In this document: positions 39,375-51,879 of the stretch, one piece after another
Position numbering within the stretch: position 1 is the stretch's first letter
How the letters are laid out: each line of letters opens with the position of its first letter
DNA from: the human T2T-CHM13v2.0 reference genome, Homo sapiens
Direction: 5' to 3' (one strand)
DNA: 64,000 bases
Assembly: GCF_009914755.1 (NCBI RefSeq)
Contig: NC_060938.1
Translations under genes and position numbers: made by a program
The notes under the pieces: model-generated
Seen by the model: the letters and a program-made list of their open reading frames with translations, nothing else
Told to the model about the DNA's origin: nothing
Databases searched by the model: none

Positions 39375-39865
39375 AGCATCTGCTGACCTCACAGAGAGAG
39401 GCCATTAGGCATTATGAACCTCTTGATGGAAATGCCCCACTTCACCTACAAAGCAGTGTTGCAAAAAATGTTGAACCCAAATCTGATGAAGCTCTAGATT
39501 GAACTGCTAGTTTATACAAACTACAGGGAGCAGAGGCACACATTAAATGTTCTTGAGATGCAATCAGCAAAATCCAAACTTGGCAAATTCTATAGGACAG
39601 ATGACATAGTTTCTTCAACAACAAAAAATTGCAAGGAAGAAAAGGAGGAGAAAACTATTTAAGAGACTCATCAATCTAGTTTGTATCCTGGTTTGAACAA
39701 ACCAACTATGAAAAATATTTATGAGACAATTGGGTACTGATTGGAAATTTGATGATATTGAAGAATTTTTTAAATATATTGTGCTTATATTAAAATAAAG
39801 TCTTTATCTTTTAGAAACACATATTGAAGTACATTCCTATGGAATGATATGCTTTCTGGGATTAG
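39375..39865 (+). mobile_element. L1MC-like 3' region
   Basis: gatgcaatcagcaaaatcca...attctataggaca...tttcttcaacaa...tttatgagacaattgg. Confidence 0.75.
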
Positions 39866-42740
39866 TGCATTCCAAGAACACTGTTCACTCTTACCGACAC
39901 TATGTCATCACCATCTCCTTTTCATTTTCATTATCATCACAGTCATCATTCTCTGCTATTTCTCAGTGTTATCATACGCATGTAAATGAGCTCAGCATCA
40001 CACAACAAAAACAGGCATTTCTGGGGAGAAAACGATCTGAGAATCACAGTGAAACAGCAGCTGAATTAAATTAGAAGTGGAGTTATGTGAAAGCAAACAT
40101 GAAATTTGGGGCAGGGTGACAGAAGACATACCTATATTCTTGGAGGGGGTGAGTACATTTAATCTTGGGTCACTGTATTTTGAGAAGAAGGTGCAGCACC
40201 TGAAATGATCCTGAGAGGAAACATGGAAAATAGAGGAATGGCTTCTAGCCTTAAGCTTACAAGGGTATTTTCTCCTGGAGAAAGAGGAGACCCTATTAGG
40301 AAGGCTGGTAAACAAGAGCAGGAAAGTGAAGTGGGGAAATCTAAATTCAGTTTCTAGCCATAGCCAGTGCCTCTCTATCAGCTCAGAAGATTAAAGAGGA
40401 AGAAATGGGCCTCATTAAGAGAGAGTTCAATTAGGAGAAAACTGTGCCCGTGATCACAAGGCAGAACAGGCTCTCAAAAGAAGTAATTGAGCCTCCATTG
40501 GCTCATATCTTTGAAAACAGAAAAATTCCCAATTTCTCCTACATGAACTGGTGCACTTGGGAACATTTGGCTGGACCAGGAGATTTCCAACTTTAACTCC
40601 CATCACTCCTAATATTGTCTCTTGCCTAGAGCTTACATATCATCCCAAGGGAGACTTTCAGCCTCCTTCCTCTTCTCCCACAGGAGTGCACCTGGAGTTA
40701 TTTTTATAGGAGCAGGTGTGATTTAGCAGCTACTTGCTGGGTTCACAGATGATCAGCCCAAATCTGAGGCTGCTGGCTGCTGGGGTCTGGCCCTGGAACA
40801 CAGCAATTGGCTCACTGAGTCTGGGGGTCATATCATGGTTCTTCCATCATTTAAACCATTATGGACAATTCCACTTTTTACTATCTGAGTGCCACTAAAC
40901 CCTGGGTTATGCAAGGCAGGTCCCATTGCCTCTCTCCCCACCCACTTTTTATAATGAATTTTGGATTGGAAATGCCCCTATAAATCTCTGAGTCCGACAC
41001 TTTCGTTTTGCAGATAAGCAAACTGAGGCTTAGGGAACTGACCTGCCTGAGGCCACACACTGGTAGGTTCCTGCTGCTACCCAGGCCACTGTTTCAATAG
41101 CCAAAGAACAGAAGATTAACTCTTAGGAAGAGTGGAGATCAGCTCAACTTCAACCAAAGGCAAAAGATGAATGAGTTTTGGAGAGCTTCAGGGTTCATAT
41201 GTTTTTCCATAAGTCTGCTGGGCTAAAAAGGAATGGAATGGCCCTATTGGAGTGAAAAACAGAGTTCCAAAATTCTGGGAAAGCCACACCGGGCAATTTT
41301 CTTCTTCCCCATTACAGAGATGGACTAAACTGGCAAAGGGGTAGGAATTACGTCCACCTCACACCTGCCTCATTAATTATTTCACTTGACGTTCATGTAG
41401 AAAGAACTACTAAGTGCTGGTCACTGTGCTCGGTGCTGCAGTAAACCCAAAGATACATAAGTCCCTACCCCAAGCAGCTTACAGGCAGGTGGGACCTATT
41501 GCTAGGTGATGCAAGCATGTAGACACCCAGGAAACCAGGCCATCAAGCAGTCCCAGCCTCATCCCTCGGACAACTGGCAAGATTGAGGCAGTGAAGTACA
41601 ACCATTTCTGGAGCATGGATGTTACATTTTTTTTCTGCTAGTTTCATTAGCTTTATTTTCTCCCCCTTCTCAGAATCTTAAGGCTGAAATGAGTCTTAGA
41701 GATCATCTAGCCCAACTGTCTTCATTATGTGGATGAATAAGCTGAAGGCAGGTAGTGGAGGGTGCTAAGTGAATTCCCTATATCAGCATGAGTCTGGGCT
41801 GAAAACACTCCCCATGATGAGCCCCAGCCTCCCTGCACACCGAACATGAGCTAGGCTGTTTCTTTCCTAGTCCTTTTTTTCTGGATCAATGTAATGAGCC
41901 AAGACCAAAGCAAAGCTGGTTTTTAAGCAGAAACCTGCTAAATGTGGACACACTGAATTATTCATATTTGGGGTCATTAATAATGTATTGGGTGTTAATA
42001 TTGAATTTATAAATGTATCCATAACCATAGAGGTGATTAGTCACTGTTATGTGCTGCTCAGAGGTAACAGATTACCTGGCCCAAGTGTCCTTGACTAGCT
42101 CCTGTGCTTGGAGACGGCTCCCCTGCAGAGCACTGTGACCTTCCCGTCTCTATTAGCCTGATGTGAAAGAGCAGATGTCTGGGCTAAAAAATAACACTAC
42201 AGAGCCCCGGTGTACTTCCAGCCACTAGCCCATGACACTGGCTGCTTTATTAAGTACTCAGCAGAGTTGCATGAACCCTCCAATATGCCTCCCATGTGGC
42301 AAGACAGAGCGACTGCTTGACAGTAAGGCTGCATGTCTGGGGATAGTGCCCCTGGGTGCTCAGGCCCCTTCACTCCTCTCTGCCTCACAGTTTTAGAGAA
42401 GCTACCTAGATGGCCTCATTTCATGTTGGCAATTCATAGCAACAGCGTTCTCTCCAGCCATCTCTTAGTACCCATTTCACTTCTGTATGAGGAAAATCAG
42501 GGAAAGTGTAGGTTATTATCTGAAGGTCAGGCATTGAATTTCATAAGGGCATGATTTGAGGATACGGTAGTTTCTAAGAGATTGTCCCAGGACCAATGTC
42601 CTTCCAGTGGGAAGAAATGAGAATGGAAGATACTGGTCCAAGAAATGGCAACAGCAATCTAGTTTTTAACTGTGTCCAAGCCAGGAGAAGGGAGGTGGGG
42701 CAAGAAGTGTTTGCTAACTATCCGTAATGTGGAAAGATAC

Positions 42741-42952
42741 AGAGAAAGAGAGGAGAGGGAGGAGAAGGAGGGGGAGGAAGAGGAGAACGGGGAGGAGGAG
42801 AAGGGAAGCAGGAGAAGGAGGGAGGGAGGAGGAGGAGGAGAAGAAGGAGGGGAAGAGGAGAAGGGGGAAGGAGGAGGAGGAGGGGGAAGAAGAGGAGGAG
42901 AAGGAGGAAGGGAGAAGAGGGGGAGGAGAGGGAGGAGGAGGAGAGAAAGGAA
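42741..42952. repeat. 212-nt polypurine (GGA/GA-rich) tract
   Basis: Only two pyrimidines (C at 42788 and 42809) on the + strand. Confidence 0.97.
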
Positions 42953-44532
42953 TGGGATGCAGGAGCCAGGATCTTGGACTCCTTTATCTGTGGCAATGCG
43001 GCTCCTACAGCAGAAGGCCCCCCTCTGAGATGTCTGTCTATGCACAGGGGACAAGGCCAGCGAGAAGGCCACACCCGAGCACACCTGGCTGGTAGCCAGA
43101 GCTTTCTGCAGGTCCCTGCAACCCAGACACAGTACAGGAGTCCTTCTTTTATTTTTGTCCCTAGGCTCTAAGTCGGACCTGGATCTTCAGTCATCTCCAG
43201 GGGCTAGAAGCTGCAGTGCCCTTCTCCAGAAATGGACTGCAAGAGCCCTTGAACTCCCACTAAGGGCCAGAATGTGCCTGAACAGTGTGGAAAACACTGC
43301 CTTGTTTCCAGTCTTCTACCCACTGTGTGCTTTGTCTGGGCTCAACAGAAGGGCATGGGTTGAGATCTCGATTCTTAGTGCCTGGTCGTGGGGACGGAAG
43401 CACCCATGCTGGTGGGGAGGTCACCCACCGGCCACTGGAGAGGTCCGTGGTGGTAGGATGGCCTCTCCACCCAGGCGTACCACTAAGTGAGGTCCTGGGC
43501 CCCAGACAGGGCTTGGCCAGTGAGCGGGTATGCCTGTGTGGCAGCCTCTGCAGCACTGCTCCTAACAGTCGTGTGAAAATAATAATATTATTGCATTATT
43601 ACAAGGGGGGCACAAACATGTTGATGCAAATGCTCATTTCCGACAAGACCGAGAAAATGAAATGGCTCAGAAGGGAATGGGAAAGTGCCCAGGGAGTAAT
43701 AACTGTTATGCTGTTGAAGAGCTTCAACAATGGATAACTCTGCTGTGATTTCATCAGCCGGAAACCAATTAACCCCTGTGGAGTCATCTACCACACTGTG
43801 GCTGGGTACTGGGGAATGCCGCCAGCATCTCCTACACCCCTTTCACCAGCTAAGCCTTAGAGCTGGGATGGTTCCAACGAGAGAAATGTCCACAAGTGTG
43901 CCTTTCATGGAGTTACAAAATCTGATAGGTGATGCCCCTGCAGGAGTCCAGTACCTACCAGTCCAGTCCTCCTCTCACAAGGACTGGGGTGGGCCAAGAG
44001 TCAGCCAGACTGTCTGACATCATCTAGCTTGGGTACTAGGAGATGAAGCACGTGTTTTCAACAGACTGGGCCCAGGATGTTTTCAAGGGAAACTGCCCCT
44101 CTGCAGCCCCTGCTGCTTAGGGGTCTGCATTTGACCAAATGGCTCTGTTCCCCTCCCTCTTCTGAGAAAACCAATGGGCCCAGATGAGGGCACCTGGCTC
44201 GAGCACAGCCAATCCATGAACCTGTTCAGACTGAGGCCTGGCAGGGAAAGTGACCAGAGCCTATCAGATTCCCTCTCCTGTTACCTTCACCTAGAGGATG
44301 TCAGAGCTGGGGCTATTGGCAGGTAGAGCTGAGGTCATGAGGTTGGAAAAGGCAAAGAAGGGTCAAGGCAGGGCAGAGTGGGGAAGAGTAGAAACCATGC
44401 ACAGAGCATACAAGGAGGTAGCTGGGGCATGGAGCAGGAGAGGACAAAGCACAGGGATGCTTAGAGGCGAGAGCTGAGGCCAGCAGCTACTCCCTGTTCT
44501 CACCTCCCTGCTCAGCACTCATAGAAACACAC

Positions 44533-45271
44533 TGTGATGGTTAATACTGAGTGTTAACTTGATTGGATTGAAGGATACAAAGTATTGATCCTGGATGTGT
44601 CTGTGAGGGTGTTGCCAAAGGAGATTAACATTTGACTCAGTGGACTGGGAAAGGCAGACCCACCCTTAATCTGGGTGGGCACCATCTAATCAGCTGCCAG
44701 CATGGCTAGAATATAAACAGGCAGAAAAATGTGAAAAGAGAGACTGGCCTGGCATTCCAGGCTACATCTTTCTCCTGTACTGAATGCTTCCTGCCCTCGA
44801 ACATCAGACTCTAAGTTTTTCAGTTTTGGAATTCGGACTGGCTCTCCTTACTCCTCAGCCTGCAGATGACCTATTGTGGGACCTTGAGATCATGTGAGCT
44901 AATAAGATATATATATACATGTATATATGTATATATGTGTGTGTATATATATATGTGTATATATATACACACATGTGTATATATATGTATGTGTGTATAT
45001 ATATACACACGTGTGTACATATATGCATACATACACACATATACACACATATATACACAAATATATACACATATATATACATATATACACACACATATAT
45101 ACACACGTGTGTGTATATATATGTGTGTGTATATATGTATATATATGTGTATATATTTGTGTATATATGTGTGTATATGTGTGTATGTATGCATATATAT
45201 ACATATACATATATATATATATATATATATTTTTTTTTCCATTAGTTCTGTCCCTCTAGAGAACTAATACA
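44533..45271 (+). mobile_element. MLT2A (HERVL) solo LTR, MLT2A1-like, with expanded internal microsatellite
   Basis: tgtgatggttaatactgagtg...gattggattgaaggatacaaagtattgatcctgg...attagttctgtccctctagagaactaataca; TSD cacac/tacac. Confidence 0.92.
44907..45230. repeat. TA/TG/CA microsatellite containing a perfect inverted repeat (arms 45019-45101 and 45116-45198)
   Basis: Base-by-base check gives 83/83 complementary pairs. Confidence 0.95.
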
Positions 45272-45397
45272 TACACTCAGCTTCTCCCCACGAGTCACGG
45301 CAGTCCCCATCCCACCCCACCTTTTCTCCAGGTGATGCGAATGAGTCTCTTTCCTGCCACCAAAAATGCCTCAGTGGAAGAATGTGGCCAGGGGAGA

Positions 45398-47679
45398 TGA
45401 TGTGGTTTGGCTCTCTGTCCCCACCCAAATCTCATCTTGTAGCTCCCATAATTCCCACTTGTTGTGGGAGGGACCTGGTGGGAGATAACTGAATCATGAG
45501 GGCGGGTCTTTCCTGTGCTGTTCTCATGATAGTGAATAAGTCTCATGAGATCTGATGGTTTTACCAAGGGTAAATTTCCCTGCACAAGTGTTATTCTCTT
45601 ATCTGCTGCCATATGAGATGTGCCTTTCAGCTTCCGCTGTGATTCCTCCCCAGCCATGTGGAACTGTAAGTCCAAAAAACCTCTTTCTTTTGTAAATTGC
45701 CCGGTCTTGGGTATGTCTTTATTAGCAGTGTGAAAATAGACTAATACAGTAAATTTGTACTGGTAGAGTGGGGTGCTGCTGAAAAGATACCTGAAAATGT
45801 GGAAGCCACTTTGGAACTGGGTAGCAGACGGGATGGAATAGTTTGGAGGGCTCAGAAGAAGACAGGAAAATGTGGGAAAGTTTGGAACTTCCTAGAGACT
45901 TGTTGAATGGTTTTACCCAAAATGCTGATAGTGATATGGACAATAAAGTCCAGGCTGAGGTGGTCTCAGATGGAGATGAGGAAGTTGTTGGGAACTGGAG
46001 CAAAGGTGACTCCTGTTATGTTGTAGCAAAGAGACTGGCAGCATTTTGCTCCTGCCCTAGAGATTTGTGGAACTTTGAACTTGACAGAGATGATTTAGAG
46101 TATCTGGTGGAAGAAATTTCTAAGTAGCAAATCATTCGAGAGGTGACCTGGGTGCTGTTAAAGGCATTCATTCAGCTTTATAAGGGAAGCAGAGCATAAA
46201 CTTTAGAATATTTGCAGACTGACAATGCAATAAGAAAGAAAATCCCATTTTCTAAAGACAAATTCAAGCCAGCTGCAGAAATTTGCATAAGTAATGAGGA
46301 GCCAAATGTTAATCACCAACACAATGGGGAAAATGTCTCTCTCCAGTGTATGTCAGAGGTCTTCACAGCAGCCCTTCCCATCACAGGCCTAGGAGGAAAA
46401 AGTGGTTTCATGGGCCAGGCCCAGGGTTCCCATGCTGTGTGCTACCTAGGGACTTGGTGCCCTGCATCCCAGCTGCTCCAGCCTTGGCTGAAAGGGGCCA
46501 ACATAGAGCTCAGGCCATGACTTCAGAGGTTGCAAGCCCCAAGCCTTGGCAGCTTCCATGTGGTCTTGAGCCTGCAAGTGCACAGAATTCAAGAACTGGG
46601 GTTTGGGAACCTCCACCTAGATTTCAGAGGATGTATGGAAATGCCTGGATGCCCAGGCAGAAGTTTGCTGCAGGGGCAGGGCCCTCATGGAGAACCTCTG
46701 CTAGGGCAGTGTGGAAGGGAAATGTGGGGTCAGAGTCCCCACACAGAGTCCCTACTGAGGCACTACCTAGTGGAGCTGTGAGAAGAGGGCCACCATCCTC
46801 CAGACCCCAAAATGGTAGATCTATCAATAGCTTGTACCTTTCGCCTGGAAAAGCCACAGACACTCAACGCAAACCTGTGAAAGCAGCTGGGAGGGAGGCT
46901 GTACCCTGCAAAGCCACAGGGGTGGAGCTGCCCAAGACTGGGAACCCACCTCTTGCATCAGCATGACCTGGATGTGAGACCTGGAGTCAAAGGAGATCAT
47001 TTTGGAGTTTTAAGATTTGACTGCCCCACTGAATTTCAGACTTGCATGGGGACTGTAGCCCCTTTGTTTTGGCCAATTTCTCCCATTTGGAATGGCTGTA
47101 TTTACCCAATGCCTGTACCCCCATTGTACCTAGGAAGTAACTGACTTGCTTTTGATTTTACTCACTCATAGGCAGAAGGGACTTGCCTTGTCTCAGATGA
47201 GACTTCGGACTGTGGACTTTAGAGTTAATGCTGAAATGAGTTAAGACTTTGGGGGACTGTTGGGAAGGCATGATTGATTTTGAAATGTGAAGATATGAGA
47301 TTTGGGAGGGGCCAGGTGTGGAATGATATGGTTTGGCTCATGTCTCCACCCAAATCTCATCTTGTAGCTCCCATAATTCCCGTGTGTTGTTTGAGGGACC
47401 TAGTGGGAGATAATTGAATCATGGGGGCGGGTCTTTCCCATGCCGTTCTTGTGTTAGTGAGTAAGTCTCACAAGATCTGATTGTTTTGTAAAGGGGAGTT
47501 TCCCTGCATAATTGTTCTTTTCTTGTTTGCCGCCATGGGAGACATGACTTTCGCCTTCCACCATGACTGTGAGGCCTCCCCAGCCACGTGGAACTGTTAA
47601 GTCCAATAAACCTCTTTCTTTTGTAAATTGCTCAGTCTTGGGTATGTCTTTATCAGCAGTGTGAAAACAGACTAATATA
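45398..47679 (+). mobile_element. Full-length THE1 MaLR (THE1B/THE1A-like): 5' LTR 45398-45748, internal 45749-47323, 3' LTR 47324-47679
   Basis: Two homologous LTRs (tga...ggtttggct...ccacccaaatctcatcttgtagctccc...actaata); ~1.6-kb internal region with a purine-rich PPT before the 3' LTR. Confidence 0.96.
45843..46966 (+). pseudogene. Disrupted THE1 internal ORF remnants (94 aa and 206 aa)
   Basis: WESLELPRDLLNGF...AEVVSDGDEE and PWQLPCG...MYGNAWMPRQKFAAG are typical of THE1-int translation; a stop and frameshift lie between the pieces. Confidence 0.8.
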
Positions 47680-49100
47680 AGAGGAAAGAACCACATACCA
47701 AATAAAGCCAGAGAAACCATGTTCAAACGTCAAGACCAAGCCTGTGGTCATGAGTGTGGAGAAGCTGGAGTTGGAAAGAACAGCGTCCAGAATAGGCCAG
47801 AAGGTTCTAGGACAGAAGTTCTCAAACAATCTGTGATGATGGCCCATGGTTTTTTCCTCCAATCCATTGCAAACCGATTTTCTAATCCTTAAGATGCAGT
47901 GGAAATGTGGCAATGTCAAATGGCAATAAAAACTTCTAGCCACTTACTCGGGTCTCATGGAAGATTGGTAACGTGTCCACAGACCACACTTGGGGCAGCA
48001 CTGTCTATGAGGTTGTCACACTGAAGCTGAGGGTCTACGGCTTATTGTTCTTGGCTGTCAGCTACATGCTGGTAGCTGAATAAAGCTGGCTCAAGGCAGT
48101 GGCTCTCAACCTGGGGAGGCATGGCCCCCTCCTCCTACCAAAGATGCATGAAACAGAACTATCCTGCTGCAGTGCCAGAAGCACCCCTGTTGCAAAGCAC
48201 TGATTTGAAGCTTCGAGATCAGAGTGAACCCCCATCCTCTGCAGGAAGCCCTTCAGCAACCCCCACCTAGATGGCCTATTTTAGCCAGAATTTCTGCCCA
48301 AGAACAATGAGACTCCTGGGCCCAGGACAGGGCAGACAAAAGGGTGTTGGAGAGGGAGCACTGGGCTCAGAGCCAAGCAGAGCCCGAAGTGCCCAGGGAC
48401 AGAGAGATAATGTAACCTTCAACAAACTGCAGTGGCTTTAGAGTCGTCAGCTCAGACAGAGCTGCCTACATCCATTTAATTAGATTTTAATTTCTCTTTA
48501 CACATTCAGTTTTCAAAGATTCTAAGAAGTAATTATTTCCAGTATCAATTGACTAGGAAGAACAATCCCCAACTTAGAATAAGCAGCTTAAGGAGGTTTG
48601 TCTCATCCCTGTTCAAACACGGTGCCTTCCAGAAGCTGCCTGGCTGCATCACAGTCCCGCTGAGACAGGGAGCTGGCAGAATGCAGACACCTGGCAGAAA
48701 GGAGGCAGGGGCGGAGGTGTGAGGAGGAGGACATCTCTTGTGCCTCTGTCACTTTTCAGAGTCTGAGGATCCCAAAAGAAGGGAAAGAAACTCAAAGTGG
48801 AGGCCTAAATGTGATCCCTCTTAGCACCTTGGGTGTAGAAACGTAAATAACAATGACTTCCTCATCATTTGGTGTTCAATAAAACTCTACGCTTGGATGA
48901 AAGGTGAGATCCCTCTTTCTCGGAATGATCTTTTGGAAGAAATCAGTCATCTTATAATGGAATCCTTACAAAGTATTTCACATGCTGGAACATATCCTCA
49001 GTTACCTTATTTTGAATCCAGAACACTGGAGAAACTGCCACAAACAACATCTTAGAGGTCACCTCTGATAGAATAATTTAAAAAAATAAAAAGAAGTAAG

Positions 49101-49375
<275 letters not shown>

Positions 49376-49868
49376 TCAATACAATCTTAGCAATCATTGC
49401 TGCGTGTGTGACGTCACACTTGCAAGCGTGGTTGTCGTAAATAAGCCATTTGAGGTTCACTTTAAAGGGCAATAAGGCAAGGGGTTGGTAAACTGTAAAA
49501 ATCAAGAATATGATAGAAAGCAGTGGTAATATTTGAAATATCTAACAACTGATCAGAACAAAGTGTAGATCATCATAAGAGGGCTGGGGTAAACCTAGCC
49601 ACTCAGGTGACTCCCGCCCTGCCCACAACACACACAAACAACCAACTGTCCTGATGTTATACAAATGCATATTTTTGTGACATGGGGATAAAATTTCCAG
49701 TGACCACATCACACATGTATTAAAGAACTGCTGATTTCAATCAATAAACAGCACTGTGGGTGATGTGTACCAGAAAACTTTGGAGATGACACCAAATATG
49801 GCTTCAGTGATGTGAAGAAACGAATGTGGTAGACACGTGTGAGAAGTTTGAATAAAACTGTTTTGTGG

Positions 49869-50172
<304 letters not shown>

Positions 50173-50479
50173 TCATTTTGTGGAATATGAGAATGGAAAA
50201 AGCAACACTTCTAAAATAAATCACTACTCTGTGTAATGTATGATTTTAAATGTATGTATATGTATAACTAAATTAATAAGTTAAATATAAGTAGATGTTT
50301 TGATTATATTGTCTATACTTCTAGAAGCTCATATGTCTACATTGGCTAAAACTCTGTGGCACTCTTTTCAGCGGTGGATTTAGTTTTCTTGTATGTTGGC
50401 ACATATGACACTTGATGACCAAAGGGATGAAAGACAGAATGAATGCACTTTACATGGATGACCAAACAACTCCCAGTCC

Positions 50480-50642
50480 AATGCATTAGAATCCACAGGG
50501 TAGCTGTAAAAAATATCGACATTCAGATACCATTCTGGACCAAGGGGATCAGAATTTCTGGAGGCAGTGCCTGGCCACTGGTATATTGGAAAGCGGTTTA
50601 ACTGATTCTAAAGTACAGCCAGGCTGAGAACCACCGCTCTAC
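50480..50642 (+). mobile_element. MER5-family hAT element
   Basis: tgcattagaatc...atcagaatttctgg...tgattctaaagtacagccaggctgagaaccaccgctcta. Confidence 0.7.
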
Positions 50643-50699
50643 AGGGCGATTTCACATACCTCCAACCATATCCTTTTCCTTTTTGGGGAGGGCATTCAG

Positions 50700-50945
50700 T
50701 CAGGTTAGTGGTTAAGAGCAAAGACTCTGAAAACGTTCAAATCCTGACTCTTCCACTAACTAGCTGTGTGATCTTGTAAAAATCACTCTACTTTCCTGTG
50801 CCCTGGGTTTCTGATATGTAAAATGAGAAAAAAAAAAAAAAAGAGAGAGAGCACCAACTCAGTAAGTGGTTACTGTGAAGGTTAATAAGTTAATGCATAC
50901 AAAGTACTTAGACTAGTGTCTGGCACCAAATGGGAGCTCAATTCA
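50700..50945 (+). mobile_element. MIR SINE with internal A-rich run
   Basis: tagtggttaagagcaaagactctga...ttcaaatcctgactcttccactaactagctgtgtga. Confidence 0.88.
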
Positions 50946-51464
50946 CACTAGCTGGTGTGGTCTAACGGGTGAGTGGAGCAGGGTACTCCCCAATGCCAGC
51001 CTGCCCACCCATCCTGGTATCTGTGTACTCCATCCCGCCAGGCTTCATCTTCTGACATGGCATTTCTTACGTAGAGGAGATCATGAGTGGGAAATGGAGA
51101 AGGGATGGGGCCAGAGGGCCAGATATGTGGCTTCAGCACAAAGTTACATCCTAGTACTCACCGTGGCCTCTTGGCAGGGGGTGGAAAAGGAAGGGCCAGG
51201 TGGTATGTGCAGAGGAATAGACCCAGCTAAGGCTGCCACCCCAACCTCAAGACATGGTGGGGATGTTTCTTCAGAGCATCTGAGCCCCATACCCTTTACA
51301 CACTTCCTGAGTGGTCACTCCTGTCATGTTCATCCTCTGGTCGGGGACACTATTTTACATGTGAGGTGGCTTCTTAGATGGAACCATGCAAGGTGAAAGG
51401 CGGGATGTGTCCTGGGACCTCAGCACAGCTCCGGGGAGAGGATTCCCCTCCTGTCCCTACAGCA

Positions 51465-51690
51465 TAGCAGTGATAAAGCAGTGGTTTGGAACAAGCATGT
51501 GAAGCCAGTCTACTGGGGCTGGTTCATTCACTAATTAGCTGTGATTTCAGGCAAGATGTGTAACCCTTTTGCACTCAGTTTCCTCATCAGCAAAGGGGTT
51601 TTGTGAAGAGTAAATGAATTGATATATGTGGAACATTTAGAACAATGTCTGGCATGTAGTACGTGGTATATACATATTGGCTGTTGTTTT
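51465..51690 (+). mobile_element. MIR SINE
   Basis: tagctgtgatttcaggcaag...ctcagtttcctcatc...ttagaacaatgtctggcatgtagt. Confidence 0.8.
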
Positions 51691-51879
51691 TATGATATTA
51701 TGCTGTGAAGATGTCAGTTACCTGTAAGATAACTTTTTTTTTAAATTAGATTTTCCTTTCTTTCCAAATACCACTAAATCTCAAAAGGAGAGGTCACTGT
51801 AGCATCTCGGGTCCATGTCAAGTCTTCTGTGTTTTAACAAAGAGCTTTTAAAACACAGCAGGGAGCCCACTTACGGTCC

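Larger units (their letters stand above)
44090..45375 (+). mobile_element. Old MLT1-type LTR (host of MLT2A)
   Basis: gggcacctggctc...gccaatcc...atcagattccctctc and the end gagtctctttcctgccaccaaaaatgcct. Confidence 0.45.

Noticed and set aside
42659-43095. Overlapping 118-141 aa ORFs rich in E/G/R or P/S
   Set aside because: They are by-products of the stop-free polypurine tract, with no exon context.
44855-45267. Multiple Y/I/C/V/H/T-rich ORFs on both strands
   Set aside because: Translations of the TA/TG/CA microsatellite.
45385-45397. PPT-like ggccaggggaga just upstream of the THE1 5' LTR, hinting at a tandem element
   Set aside because: The similarity is too short and no further THE1 internal sequence lies upstream.
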